From a virus (taxonomy: Duplodnaviria > Caudoviricetes), in the IMG/VR virus record IMGVR_UViG_3300017700_000104, positions 1-36,120 of that record: a stretch of DNA of 36,120 nt. One strand, written 5' to 3'. The notes under the pieces are model-generated. The model searched no databases and was not told the origin of the DNA. It worked only from the letters and a program-made list of their open reading frames with translations. Shown here piece after piece: positions 27,132 to 34,699 of the stretch (the stretch's first letter is position 1; every line of letters begins with the position of its first letter). The position numbers and the translations under genes are program-made.

Positions 27132-27785
27132 TTAAAACGGAATGTCATCATCCATGTCATCAAACCCAGAGCCTGCGGGGACGGGTTTGTTGACAGGAGG
27201 GGTGTCACCGTTACGAGCACGCCACTCTGGTGAGCTTGTAATCTTTTCCTTCAGGCCGTTGCCAAAGGTCTCAAACAGTTCCATGTCGGGGTTCTCAATG
27301 ACAAACATGGCCACCTTGTTGAAACCTTCAGGCAAGCCAGCTTTCTTGATCGCCACGGGGACTGGGTTGATCGAGATGATGTTGGTGTACTCTTTGCCGT
27401 TGTTCCCAACGGACTTGGCCGCAGTGATCATGGCCCACGCGCCGAGCACGTTCTTCAGCTCAAAGCCACGCAGCTCGTCGGCGGTGAAGTCACGGCCACG
27501 CCAAGCTTGTAGGTCCTTGCGTAGCGTTGCCTTCTCGGCCAACGACAAGGTGAAGTTTTTGCTGATGGACATTGGCTCGCCCTTGGTTGTCACCAACGCG
27601 TTGCCGTTGTCGTCTTCGCCGTGTACCTCAAACTGGATCATCACCTTTTGAAGGTGCTTGACCTGTCCTTGGTACTCGGATTTTTGTGTGCCGAGGTCCA
27701 CAATTCGATAGCACCGCGCGAGGTGCATGCCGGGTGCTACGGGGGTAAAGCTTCCGCCGCCGCTATCTTTCGCTGTCAAACTCAT
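27132..27785 (-). CDS. ssDNA-binding-like protein
   Basis: G.H.ARC..IVDLGTQ and SL.EKA.LRKDL..WRG motifs; acidic SSB-type tail DDMDDDIPF. Confidence 0.75.
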   Translation of the reverse strand: MSLTAKDSGGGSFTPVAPGMHLARCYRIVDLGTQKSEYQGQVKHLQKVMIQFEVHGEDDNGNALVTTKGEPMSISKNFTLSLAEKATLRKDLQAWRGRDFTADELRGFELKNVLGAWAMITAAKSVGNNGKEYTNIISINPVPVAIKKAGLPEGFNKVAMFVIENPDMELFETFGNGLKEKITSSPEWRARNGDTPPVNKPVPAGSGFDDMDDDIPF

Positions 27786-27958
27786 TTGTCGCTCCTAGTT
27801 TCAGTTTTAAAAAAAGACTTCGTGGACACGCCGCACTCTGTGCAAATCATTTCCCAGTCGTCTTGGGTAGCAATGCCTGCGACGGCCCTGCGAAGAGCCT
27901 CCTCAAGCATTTGCATTCGTTCCAGCATGAGCTGGTTAAATTCGGCTTGGCTGCCCAT
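27782..27958 (-). CDS. Hypothetical protein (58 aa)
   Basis: MGSQAEFNQLMLERMQMLEEAL...; coupled to the SSB-like gene. Confidence 0.65.
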   Translation of the reverse strand: MGSQAEFNQLMLERMQMLEEALRRAVAGIATQDDWEMICTECGVSTKSFFKTETRSDK

Positions 27959-27959
27959 G

Positions 27960-28064
27960 TCAGTCTTTGGCCAAGTAGTAGGCCAAGCACACCACAATGG
28001 CCAACGTAATGCCGCTGGCTGGGCCAAGAAAAAACCTCACAATCGCATGTAAAAATTCTCGCAT
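27960..28064 (-). CDS. 34-aa single-TM microprotein (absent from the ORF track)
   Basis: MREFLHAIVRFFLGPASGITLAIVVCLAYYLAKD; first ORF after the leftward promoter, preceded by AAAGCGAACC, stops 1 nt before the next ATG. Confidence 0.55.
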   Translation of the reverse strand: MREFLHAIVRFFLGPASGITLAIVVCLAYYLAKD

Positions 28065-28091
28065 GGTTCGCTTTCAAGTTAAATTTTCGCA

Positions 28092-28120
28092 ACTGTAGCA
28101 AGTTTAATTTCAAAATACAA
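28092..28120 (-). promoter_or_regulatory. Leftward sigma70-like promoter
   Basis: TTGTAT-17 nt-TACAGT with a TGn extension (minus strand). Confidence 0.6.
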
Positions 28121-28125
28121 CCCCC

Positions 28126-28153
28126 TTGCACAATATTTTTTTAAGTGTATGAT
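28126..28153 (+). promoter_or_regulatory. Rightward sigma70-like promoter
   Basis: TTGCAC-16 nt-TATGAT upstream of the cro-like gene. Confidence 0.6.
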
Positions 28154-28183
28154 GCGCTTAAACCAACCAAGGAGAATGATTGC

Positions 28184-28393
28184 ATGACACTGATTGAATT
28201 TTTTGAAGACAAGCCACGGGGGGCGAAGATAGCGATGGCGCGAAAGCTCAACGTGAGCAAGACGTGGATGAGCCTCATCATCAGCGGAAGGGAGCTTGCA
28301 AGCCCTGAGCTGAGTGGAGCCATCGAGAGGTACACAAAAGGCCAAGTGAAGCGCACGACTTTGCGGCCCGACATTTTTGGAGACCTAAAGTGA
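28184..28393 (+). CDS. Cro/YdaS-like HTH regulator
   Basis: AAGGAG RBS; MARKLNVSKTWMS HTH and AIER.T.G.V....LRPD motif. Confidence 0.85.
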   Translation: MTLIEFFEDKPRGAKIAMARKLNVSKTWMSLIISGRELASPELSGAIERYTKGQVKRTTLRPDIFGDLK

Positions 28394-29040
28394 TTTGGTA
28401 CAAATTCCACCTTGGTGACTACATCACCCACACCACGCATCTTAGCGATGCAGAGGACTTGGCTTACCGCCGCCTGTTGGATTTGTACTATATGAGCGAG
28501 AAGCCAATCCCACTCAATACCGAATCGGTTTCGAGAAAAATTCGCCTAGATTTGGACATAACCGAATCGGTTTTGGGGGAGTTTTTTGAAAAGACCGAAA
28601 ATGGGTATTTCAACTATCGTTGTGATGTTGAAATCGCTAAATATCAAGCACAAGTCGCAAACAATCAACGACTCGGAAAGCTAGGCGGCAGGCCGAGGAA
28701 AACCGAATCGGTAACCGAATCGAAACCGAAGGTTAACCCTAAGAAGATACAGATAAAGAATATAAATACCATATCGTCGCAAGCGACAACATCACGATTT
28801 GACGAGTTTTGGTCATCATGGCCAACGTCAAAGCGTAAGGTGGCCAAGTCAACTTGCGAGACCAAGTGGCTCAAGTTGAAGCTCGACAACGTCGCGGACC
28901 AGATCCTTTCCCACGTCAACTCGATCAAGGGCAGCGAGCAATGGACCACAGGCTTTGAACCTGCACCCCTGACGTACATCAACCAGCGTCGCTGGGAGGA
29001 TGGTGTGGCCGAGCAGTCCTTTGCGCGGAGGGTGATATGA
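28390..29040 (+). CDS. Replication initiator, DUF1376/YdaU-like
   Basis: WY.FH.GDY...T.HLS..E..AYRRLLD.YY, NG..GGRP-like linker, C-terminal F..FW..WP..K..K...P.TY.NQ.RWED. Confidence 0.85.
   Translation: MIWYKFHLGDYITHTTHLSDAEDLAYRRLLDLYYMSEKPIPLNTESVSRKIRLDLDITESVLGEFFEKTENGYFNYRCDVEIAKYQAQVANNQRLGKLGGRPRKTESVTESKPKVNPKKIQIKNINTISSQATTSRFDEFWSSWPTSKRKVAKSTCETKWLKLKLDNVADQILSHVNSIKGSEQWTTGFEPAPLTYINQRRWEDGVAEQSFARRVI
28519..28770 (+). other. Putative replication origin: iterons plus AT-rich tract
   Basis: ACCGAATCGGT at 28519, 28561 and 28702; variants at 28714 and 28725; A-rich tract at 28741-28770. Confidence 0.65.
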
Positions 29041-29261
29041 CACAAGATGAAATTATTGAGATGGCTAGACAGGCGGGCATGGATTATTTGCAATACCTCA
29101 GCCCTGAAGCATTTGAAAAGGTTGTAGTCTTTTCCAAGCTAGTAGCACAGCATGAGCGTGAGGCGTGTGCAAAAGAGTGCGAACACACAGCTTTGCGAAT
29201 GGGTAGCGAATGGATGGCGCAACACTGTGCCCAAGCAATTCGAGCAAGAGGTGAAGCATGA
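29037..29261 (+). CDS. Hypothetical phage protein
   Basis: EREACAK.CE...CA.AIRARG motif, common in phage accessory genes. Confidence 0.75.
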   Translation: MTQDEIIEMARQAGMDYLQYLSPEAFEKVVVFSKLVAQHEREACAKECEHTALRMGSEWMAQHCAQAIRARGEA

Positions 29262-29692
29262 CTCCAGTCGAAAACTTAATATCGCGTTTGGACAAGGTCA
29301 AGGGCCGCAACGGTTCATGGACCGCCCGCTGCCCAGCCCACGCCGACAAGGGGCCTTCGCTGGCCGTGCGAGAGAACGAGGATGGCCGCATCTTGCTGCA
29401 TTGCTTTGCTGGCTGCGAGACGGCCAACGTGCTGGGTGCAATCGGCATGGACATGACCGACCTGTTCCCGCCCGACGAGAAGCGCCGCGACTACGCAGTG
29501 ACTGGCAAGCCCAGCATGAAGCCCGCATTCTTTGCGAGCGACTTGATGCGCATCATTCACTTTGAGGCGCTGGTGGTCCAGATCGTGGCCTTTGACATTG
29601 CCAACAACAAAATGCCAAACGCAGAAACCCGCGAGCGCATGCTCACGGCCTATGAACGAATCGATGAAGCTGTGAGGTACGCTAATGTCTAA
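29258..29692 (+). CDS. Primase-type zinc-binding domain protein (no TOPRIM domain)
   Basis: W.ARCPAH.D..PSL........LLHCFAGC followed by a short helical tail. Confidence 0.8.
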   Translation: MTPVENLISRLDKVKGRNGSWTARCPAHADKGPSLAVRENEDGRILLHCFAGCETANVLGAIGMDMTDLFPPDEKRRDYAVTGKPSMKPAFFASDLMRIIHFEALVVQIVAFDIANNKMPNAETRERMLTAYERIDEAVRYANV

Positions 29693-30695
29693 CGTGGCTG
29701 CAATTGAACAACGAGCACGCGCACTTGATGAGGCACGCAAGGTGCGTTTGGTGAAGTCGCAGGAGATCGACACCGAGAAATACCTTAAAGCTCACGACGT
29801 GACCCACAAGGTCCACGACGCATCAGTGTGGCTTGAGGAGCTGCAACAAGATCTGATCAACCCGCCTGAGAAGGATTCAAGCACAACCATGCCGTGGACT
29901 AAGACCCACTCGACGTTTAGGTATCGGCCCGGCGAGGTCACCCTGTACGCAGGCAGCAACGGTGGTGGCAAGTCTTTGGTGACTGGCCAAGTGGCCATGG
30001 GCCTGATCAAGCAAAAGCAGCGCGTGTGCATTGCCTCTTTTGAGATGAAGCCCAAGCGCACGCTGTATCGCATGCTTCGTCAGTTTGCTGGTGAAAACAT
30101 CGACTTTCCTCGCTACACCGACAAGGCCACCTACATTGGCCGCATGCTTGGGCGCTTCATTGATTTTTCTGAGGGTCGTCTGTGGTTGTACGACCAGCAG
30201 GGGACTACATCGAGTCAGCAAGTGATTGCTATGGCGCGGTACTGCGCGATCGAGCTGGGTGTGCAACATGTGTTCATCGACAGCTTGATGAAATGCGTAT
30301 CGGGCGAGGACGACTACAACGCGCAGAAGTCTTTTGTTGACGAGCTGACGGCGCTGGCGCGTGACCACAACATTCACATTCACTTGGTCCACCACATTCG
30401 CAAGTTGGGCAGCGAAGAGGTGCAGCCAAGCAAGACTGACATTAAAGGCTCTGGTGCAATTGCCGACCAAGTGGACAACGTGCTTCTTATGTGGCGCAAT
30501 AAAAAGAAAGAGCACGACATCCAGAACGGCCAGATCCCTGACCACAAAAAGCCAGACGCCTTGCTCATGTGCGAGAAGCAGCGCAACGGTGAGGCCGAGG
30601 AGTGGTACAGCTTGTGGTTCAACCGCGATAGCCAACAGTTCGTTGACGAAAACGGCGGCGTGCCAATGTCGTTTGATGATCGAGGTGCGTTTTGA
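29685..30695 (+). CDS. SF4 (DnaB/T7 gp4/Twinkle-like) replicative helicase
   Basis: Walker A GSNGGGKS, SFEM, FIDSL, LVHH.RK, DIKGSG.I.D..D, KQRNG. Confidence 0.92.
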   Translation: MSNVAAIEQRARALDEARKVRLVKSQEIDTEKYLKAHDVTHKVHDASVWLEELQQDLINPPEKDSSTTMPWTKTHSTFRYRPGEVTLYAGSNGGGKSLVTGQVAMGLIKQKQRVCIASFEMKPKRTLYRMLRQFAGENIDFPRYTDKATYIGRMLGRFIDFSEGRLWLYDQQGTTSSQQVIAMARYCAIELGVQHVFIDSLMKCVSGEDDYNAQKSFVDELTALARDHNIHIHLVHHIRKLGSEEVQPSKTDIKGSGAIADQVDNVLLMWRNKKKEHDIQNGQIPDHKKPDALLMCEKQRNGEAEEWYSLWFNRDSQQFVDENGGVPMSFDDRGAF

Positions 30696-30928
30696 ATGGC
30701 GAAGGCGAAGGACAAGACGAGCATCGTCACCGTTGTCTCGTTCGGTGGCTTATCAAACGACGCATACAGGATCGCGATGCAGCGCACCAATGGCTCAACG
30801 GTCACGTTGACAACACTGGCCGTCGTCACAAGGGCTGGAATGACTTACATGCAGGCTCTCGACTTGAACAGGATGTTCGGGATCAATGGGTTAAAGGTAA
30901 CCGAGGTAACTATGGAGAATGGAAATGA
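30692..30928 (+). CDS. Hypothetical phage protein
   Basis: HRHRC.VR...L..D...QW..GNRG..W motif; overlaps both neighbours. Confidence 0.65.
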   Translation: MNGEGEGQDEHRHRCLVRWLIKRRIQDRDAAHQWLNGHVDNTGRRHKGWNDLHAGSRLEQDVRDQWVKGNRGNYGEWK

Positions 30929-31194
30929 ACTTTGATAAAAATATTTTCTCGCAGGCTCAAACCCTATTCACGCAGGATGAGTTCAACAAAGCACTGAGCG
31001 AGGCGAAAGCTGAAATCATGGCCGTTGCAATTCAGACGACTAAGCAGGCGATGTTCCTCGAGCGGAGGGCTTGTGCCCAGATGTTGATGGACATGGCCGA
31101 CATGGAGGACGAGTTCGCTGTTTGCACGGCCTTACGCGTTGCAGCCGAGCACATGGTCAACCGCGTGCCTGCGCAAAATCAATGGTTGAGTTGA
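30919..31194 (+). CDS. Hypothetical protein
   Basis: Helical ORF with ER.ACA motif in the operon; start at 30919 or 30925. Confidence 0.65.
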   Translation: MEMNFDKNIFSQAQTLFTQDEFNKALSEAKAEIMAVAIQTTKQAMFLERRACAQMLMDMADMEDEFAVCTALRVAAEHMVNRVPAQNQWLS

Positions 31195-31526
31195 CGTTGC
31201 CGTGGCCGCCAAGCGTGAACAGGTACTGGCGCACGTTTCAAGGTCGCATGATCATCAGCGCAGATGGTCGCGCATATCGTAAGGCGGTGGCCGACCAAGT
31301 GCTGATTCAACATGGCGCGAAGCATTTTGCAGACAAGCTGTGCGTGGTGATCGAAGCCTTTAGGCCAGACAACAGAAGGCGCGACCTTGACAACCTGTTT
31401 AAGTCGGTCCTTGATGGCTGCACTCACGCGGGTGTTTGGGAAGACGACAGCAACATTGTTGACCTAAGAATTTATTGGGCCGACTCAGTCGGTGGAATGT
31501 TAAAAGTGAAAGTGAGCGAAGTATGA
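31182..31526 (+). CDS. rusA: RusA-like Holliday junction resolvase
   Basis: LPWPPSVN.YWR, RRDLDN..K...D......DD motifs. Confidence 0.88.
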   Translation: MVELTLPWPPSVNRYWRTFQGRMIISADGRAYRKAVADQVLIQHGAKHFADKLCVVIEAFRPDNRRRDLDNLFKSVLDGCTHAGVWEDDSNIVDLRIYWADSVGGMLKVKVSEV

Positions 31527-31741
31527 ACAACGAAGCGTTGAGAGTGAAGTGGTTCACGGGGACCAAGGGCACGGTGGGCATTGCAAAGGTCAAAACCTTT
31601 GACGGCAACATCGAGTACCGCATCAGCCCCGTCGATGGGTTCCTTGAGCACATGGACGTGCAGCAGATTGTGGCGTGGGGTTGCCACCTTCCTGTGGCCG
31701 CTGGTGAAGCATTGTTTGGAAAGGAAAAAAGCGATGACTGA
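31523..31741 (+). CDS. Hypothetical protein
   Basis: ATGA-coupled 72-aa ORF (WFT....VGI....D.Q.I..WG). Confidence 0.65.
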   Translation: MNNEALRVKWFTGTKGTVGIAKVKTFDGNIEYRISPVDGFLEHMDVQQIVAWGCHLPVAAGEALFGKEKSDD

Positions 31742-32078
31742 AAAATTGATTGACCCACAAGCCGCAGTCGATTTCATGATTGCAAAGTCTAAGGCGTATG
31801 CAATTGCCGAGGGCAACAAGACCTACATGGAAGAGCTGCGCAAGACCATCAAGGCGGAGCAGATGATCGAGGCCGAAGAGATGGGCCACAAGACGGCTGC
31901 AATGCAGGAGCGCGAGGCGTATGCGTCAGGTCGGTATCGCGAGCACTTGATTGCCCTACGTCAGGCTGTGGAGGCTCGCGAGGAGCTGCGTTGGATGCTG
32001 ATTGCTGCGCAGGCCCGCATCGAGGTGTGGCGCTCACAAGAGGCCAGCAATCGAGCAGAAGGGAAGGCGACGATATGA
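31734..32078 (+). CDS. Conserved coiled-coil phage protein
   Basis: AAGGA RBS; A..EREAYAS..Y and IEVWRS.EA..R motifs. Confidence 0.75.
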   Translation: MTEKLIDPQAAVDFMIAKSKAYAIAEGNKTYMEELRKTIKAEQMIEAEEMGHKTAAMQEREAYASGRYREHLIALRQAVEAREELRWMLIAAQARIEVWRSQEASNRAEGKATI

Positions 32079-32227
32079 AAACCGAAGAGGACGAAGAGTT
32101 TGAGCGCATTGAGCGCCAGCAGGCAAGAGCTAACGGTTGGCGTAAGCGCCAGATCGAAGATGAAAAAGAGCAGCGCTGCCCCACATGCAACAAACCAATT
32201 ACCGAAGAGGACCCTGAAGATGACTGA
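32075..32227 (+). CDS. Small acidic protein (50 aa)
   Basis: M..EEDEEF.RIE start, CPTC, ATGA coupling. Confidence 0.6.
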   Translation: MKTEEDEEFERIERQQARANGWRKRQIEDEKEQRCPTCNKPITEEDPEDD

Positions 32228-32369
32228 CAGCACCAGCAAGACGTGCCAAGTGTGTCGCCTACGGCCAGCCGAGGTGAAGGGCAAGAACAGCAGCGGCATG
32301 CCTCAGTGGCGAGGCCAAACATGTCACGATTTAAAGAACCGAGTCGGTTTCACAAAGGGCAAGCAATGA
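32220..32369 (+). CDS. Small Zn-ribbon-like protein (49 aa)
   Basis: CQVC...WRGQTCH; coupled to the next gene. Confidence 0.55.
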   Translation: MTDSTSKTCQVCRLRPAEVKGKNSSGMPQWRGQTCHDLKNRVGFTKGKQ

Positions 32370-32998
32370 GTTTTATCGTAGCGTCGTTACCACCCCTGAA
32401 GTGTTTTGTCAGGCGCGAGTTTTTATACAACTTCACCAAGGGGCACGGCGAATTCGAGCCTGCAATTTGGGTAAGCATCAAGGCCCTGCGCGGTCAGGTC
32501 TTCCGCATTGAATCCTTGCTGCCCAATTACGGAGCCTTGTACGACAAGTTGCCTATTCACGCCTATGTGTGGAAAGAAGACCACGGCAACTTGCCCATCG
32601 ACACCTTACAACTGTGGGACTGCATGGGCTACCGCTTCACGGTTTGCGAGAAGATTGGCCTGCGCAACCTCGGGGTCAAGTTTTTGGGCAAAGACAAGCA
32701 ATGGCATCACGGTCGCTACTTGTTCACCGTGGACTTCTGCGCCGAGGGTATGGACGCTGACACGGGCTTTACCGAGCAGGCCGAGGAGCACAAGTCGTTC
32801 AACTTTATACGACTGGAGAACGGTCAGTTTGCTACGCAGCCCAACAATCGCTGCCTGTGGTACGACCAGAGCTTGATCCCCGCCGAGGTGAAGTTCCCCG
32901 ACTTTCAAGCAGCCAAAGAGTTCTACACAGTTGACGGCACACGCAAGTGGTCGGCTGGTGATGATTGGTTTTACGACATTACCCAAAAGGACGCATGA
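32366..32998 (+). CDS. Conserved phage protein of unknown function (210 aa)
   Basis: GA.YD.LPI.A, LQLWDC, G.YLFT.D, EHK, QPNNR motifs; ATGA coupling. Confidence 0.75.
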   Translation: MSFIVASLPPLKCFVRREFLYNFTKGHGEFEPAIWVSIKALRGQVFRIESLLPNYGALYDKLPIHAYVWKEDHGNLPIDTLQLWDCMGYRFTVCEKIGLRNLGVKFLGKDKQWHHGRYLFTVDFCAEGMDADTGFTEQAEEHKSFNFIRLENGQFATQPNNRCLWYDQSLIPAEVKFPDFQAAKEFYTVDGTRKWSAGDDWFYDITQKDA

Positions 32999-33291
32999 CC
33001 ACCAAAGCAGAAAAACAACACATGAACCGCGTGGCCGAACTGGGCTGCGCGGTATGCAGGCGCATGGGGTACGAAGGAACCCCCGCCGAATTGCACCATC
33101 CAAGGGCTTTGGCGGGGGGCTGGGGGCGCTCAAGCCACATGGACGTCATCCCACTATGTCCAGAGCACCACAGGGGCGCTACGGGCCTCCACGGCCTTGG
33201 CACGAAGGGTTTCCCCAAGCACTACGGCTTTACCGAGCTGGACTTGCTGGAGGACGTCCGAACCCTATTAGGGTTTATCCCTACAAAATAA
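32995..33291 (+). CDS. ref: Ref-like RecA-dependent HNH nuclease
   Basis: GC.VC, E.HH, IPLC..HHR..G.H, F...YG.TE..LL motifs. Confidence 0.75.
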   Translation: MTTKAEKQHMNRVAELGCAVCRRMGYEGTPAELHHPRALAGGWGRSSHMDVIPLCPEHHRGATGLHGLGTKGFPKHYGFTELDLLEDVRTLLGFIPTK

Positions 33292-33384
33292 TTTAAAAAA
33301 GTTGTTGACTCGTTTAATTCTGAGTTACACTACATCCACTGACACAGCAAAACCGCACAGTCAGAAACACAGAAAGACAGCGAA
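33269..33384 (+). promoter_or_regulatory. Promoter cassette copy A (palindrome, AT tract, -35/-10, leader hairpin)
   Basis: TAGGG-N5-CCCTA at 33269-83; TTGACT at 33305; TACACT at 33326 (15-nt spacer); CTGAC..GTCAG at 33339-64. Confidence 0.7.
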
Positions 33385-33684
33385 ATGAACACCACCATCA
33401 TCACCCCAGCAGCCCACGACGTCGATACCCTCGGCGCACTCTTGGCCCAGATTGCCGAGTTGACCAAGCAAGCCGACGCCATCAAGGACGGCATCAAGAA
33501 CGACGCAAGCCTCACTGGCGACAAAGTCTTCGAGGGCGACCTCTTCAAAGCCACCTACGTTGAGAGCAATCGCTCGGTCGTAGACAGCAAGGCTCTGTTT
33601 GCCGAGCTGGGCGCAACACCTGAGCAGATCGCACGTCACACCAAAGTGACCGCAGTTTTCAGCGTCAAAGTCACCTCACGTTAA
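33385..33684 (+). CDS. Conserved small phage protein
   Basis: D.LG.L.AQIA.L...AD.IK..EG.LF.A motif; first gene after cassette A. Confidence 0.75.
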   Translation: MNTTIITPAAHDVDTLGALLAQIAELTKQADAIKDGIKNDASLTGDKVFEGDLFKATYVESNRSVVDSKALFAELGATPEQIARHTKVTAVFSVKVTSR

Positions 33685-33690
33685 ACCCAC

Positions 33691-33704
33691 GGGGCCACGG
33701 CCCC
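33691..33704 (+). other. GC hairpin GGGGC-CACG-GCCCC
   Basis: Perfect 5-bp stem just after a stop codon; sister copy at 35074-35087. Confidence 0.6.
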
Positions 33705-33727
33705 ATCAAAAGCGAAAGGAAAGCGAA

Positions 33728-33913
33728 ATGGATAACTACACAGCAACAGGTTTAGCAGAGGGCTTCATCGAGGCCGAGAGCGAAGAGCAGGTGTTGGCTG
33801 CATGGCAGCACCTTGTTGACACGGGCCTTGCGTGGCAACTGCAAGGGTTTTTTGGCCGCACCGCCGCCTCGCTCATTGAGCAGGGTTACATCAACGCACC
33901 ACAGAAAGCGTAA
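33728..33913 (+). CDS. Conserved small phage protein
   Basis: WQ.L.DTG.AW.LQG.FGR.A..LI..G motif; AAGGA RBS. Confidence 0.8.
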   Translation: MDNYTATGLAEGFIEAESEEQVLAAWQHLVDTGLAWQLQGFFGRTAASLIEQGYINAPQKA

Positions 33914-33915
33914 TC

Positions 33916-34197
33916 ATGAAAGTAAAAGTCACAATCCACGTTCACCACCAAAAATTTGAGTGGGAAGACAAAGGCGAGTACCTTATTTACTCTCACAAGT
34001 TTGATGACACTGAATATCGTGCTCACATTTGTGAACAAGAAATTGAGTTTGAAGTTCCTGATAACTTTGATCCACGCGCACAGCAGATTGCCGCGTTGGA
34101 AAAGCAAAAGCAAAAGGTCATGGCCGAGTATCAAAAGACAGTCAACGAAATCAACGACAACATCAGCAAATTGCAAGCACTGGAGTACACAGCATGA
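33916..34197 (+). CDS. Hypothetical protein
   Basis: 93 aa with C-terminal coiled coil ending LALEY-like; AT-rich. Confidence 0.7.
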   Translation: MKVKVTIHVHHQKFEWEDKGEYLIYSHKFDDTEYRAHICEQEIEFEVPDNFDPRAQQIAALEKQKQKVMAEYQKTVNEINDNISKLQALEYTA

Positions 34198-34385
34198 AGC
34201 ACGCCGAAGCAACATACATTGACCTTGGCTACAAATACGAGTCGGCCAAGTCGCCCAAGTCAGGGCAGGCCGTTGCGCAGGCCATCAGGGCGATTTTAGA
34301 GTCCGAAGAGATCCACGACAGGGCCGAGGCCCGCCGCCTGCTCGAGCGGGGCCGCCAAGAGGCTCGGCAGGGGGTGGTTGCATGA
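34194..34385 (+). CDS. Hypothetical protein
   Basis: ATGA-coupled 63-aa ORF with GGAG RBS. Confidence 0.65.
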   Translation: MKHAEATYIDLGYKYESAKSPKSGQAVAQAIRAILESEEIHDRAEARRLLERGRQEARQGVVA

Positions 34386-34699
34386 GCACCGACCACATCG
34401 TTCACAACACCAACACCCAGTGTATGGAGTGCCAGCACTGCGGCTTTCAGCAGGCGGTCAAGATGCCCGACTCCATCGACAGCATCTTGGCCCAGTTTGA
34501 CGTCTTCATGTGGGCGCACAAGGGCTGCAAGGCCCCAGCATCGGAGACCGTGATGTCTGAGTACATCAAAGGCTTTGACGCTGGCTACGGCTACGTCCTG
34601 AACGAGATCGAGCGCTGGCAAAACGAGGTCGGCGAGGACCTGCATGTGTTGCTGGCGCACCTTCGCATGGAAACAACAAAGGGTAGGGAAAATACCTAG
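34382..34699 (+). CDS. Hypothetical protein with CxxC...HxxC motif
   Basis: MECQHCG...F...HKGC, then Y.KGF.AG; ATGA coupling. Confidence 0.65.
   Translation: MSTDHIVHNTNTQCMECQHCGFQQAVKMPDSIDSILAQFDVFMWAHKGCKAPASETVMSEYIKGFDAGYGYVLNEIERWQNEVGEDLHVLLAHLRMETTKGRENT

Noticed and set aside
29877-30635. 252-aa antisense ORF inside the helicase
   Set aside because: Typical antisense open frame produced by codon bias; no independent support.
32307-32327. Apparent Cys-to-Gly loss in the second CxxC of the Zn-ribbon protein (WRGQTC) as pseudogene evidence
   Set aside because: A single-base difference could be a variant or read error, the adjacent His could substitute, and the ORF is intact.
33314-33328. 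Resemblance of TTAA-N7-TTAC/TTAT to a CtrA box
   Set aside because: The second half-site is imperfect and overlaps the -10 element, and nothing else in the window points to an alphaproteobacterial host.
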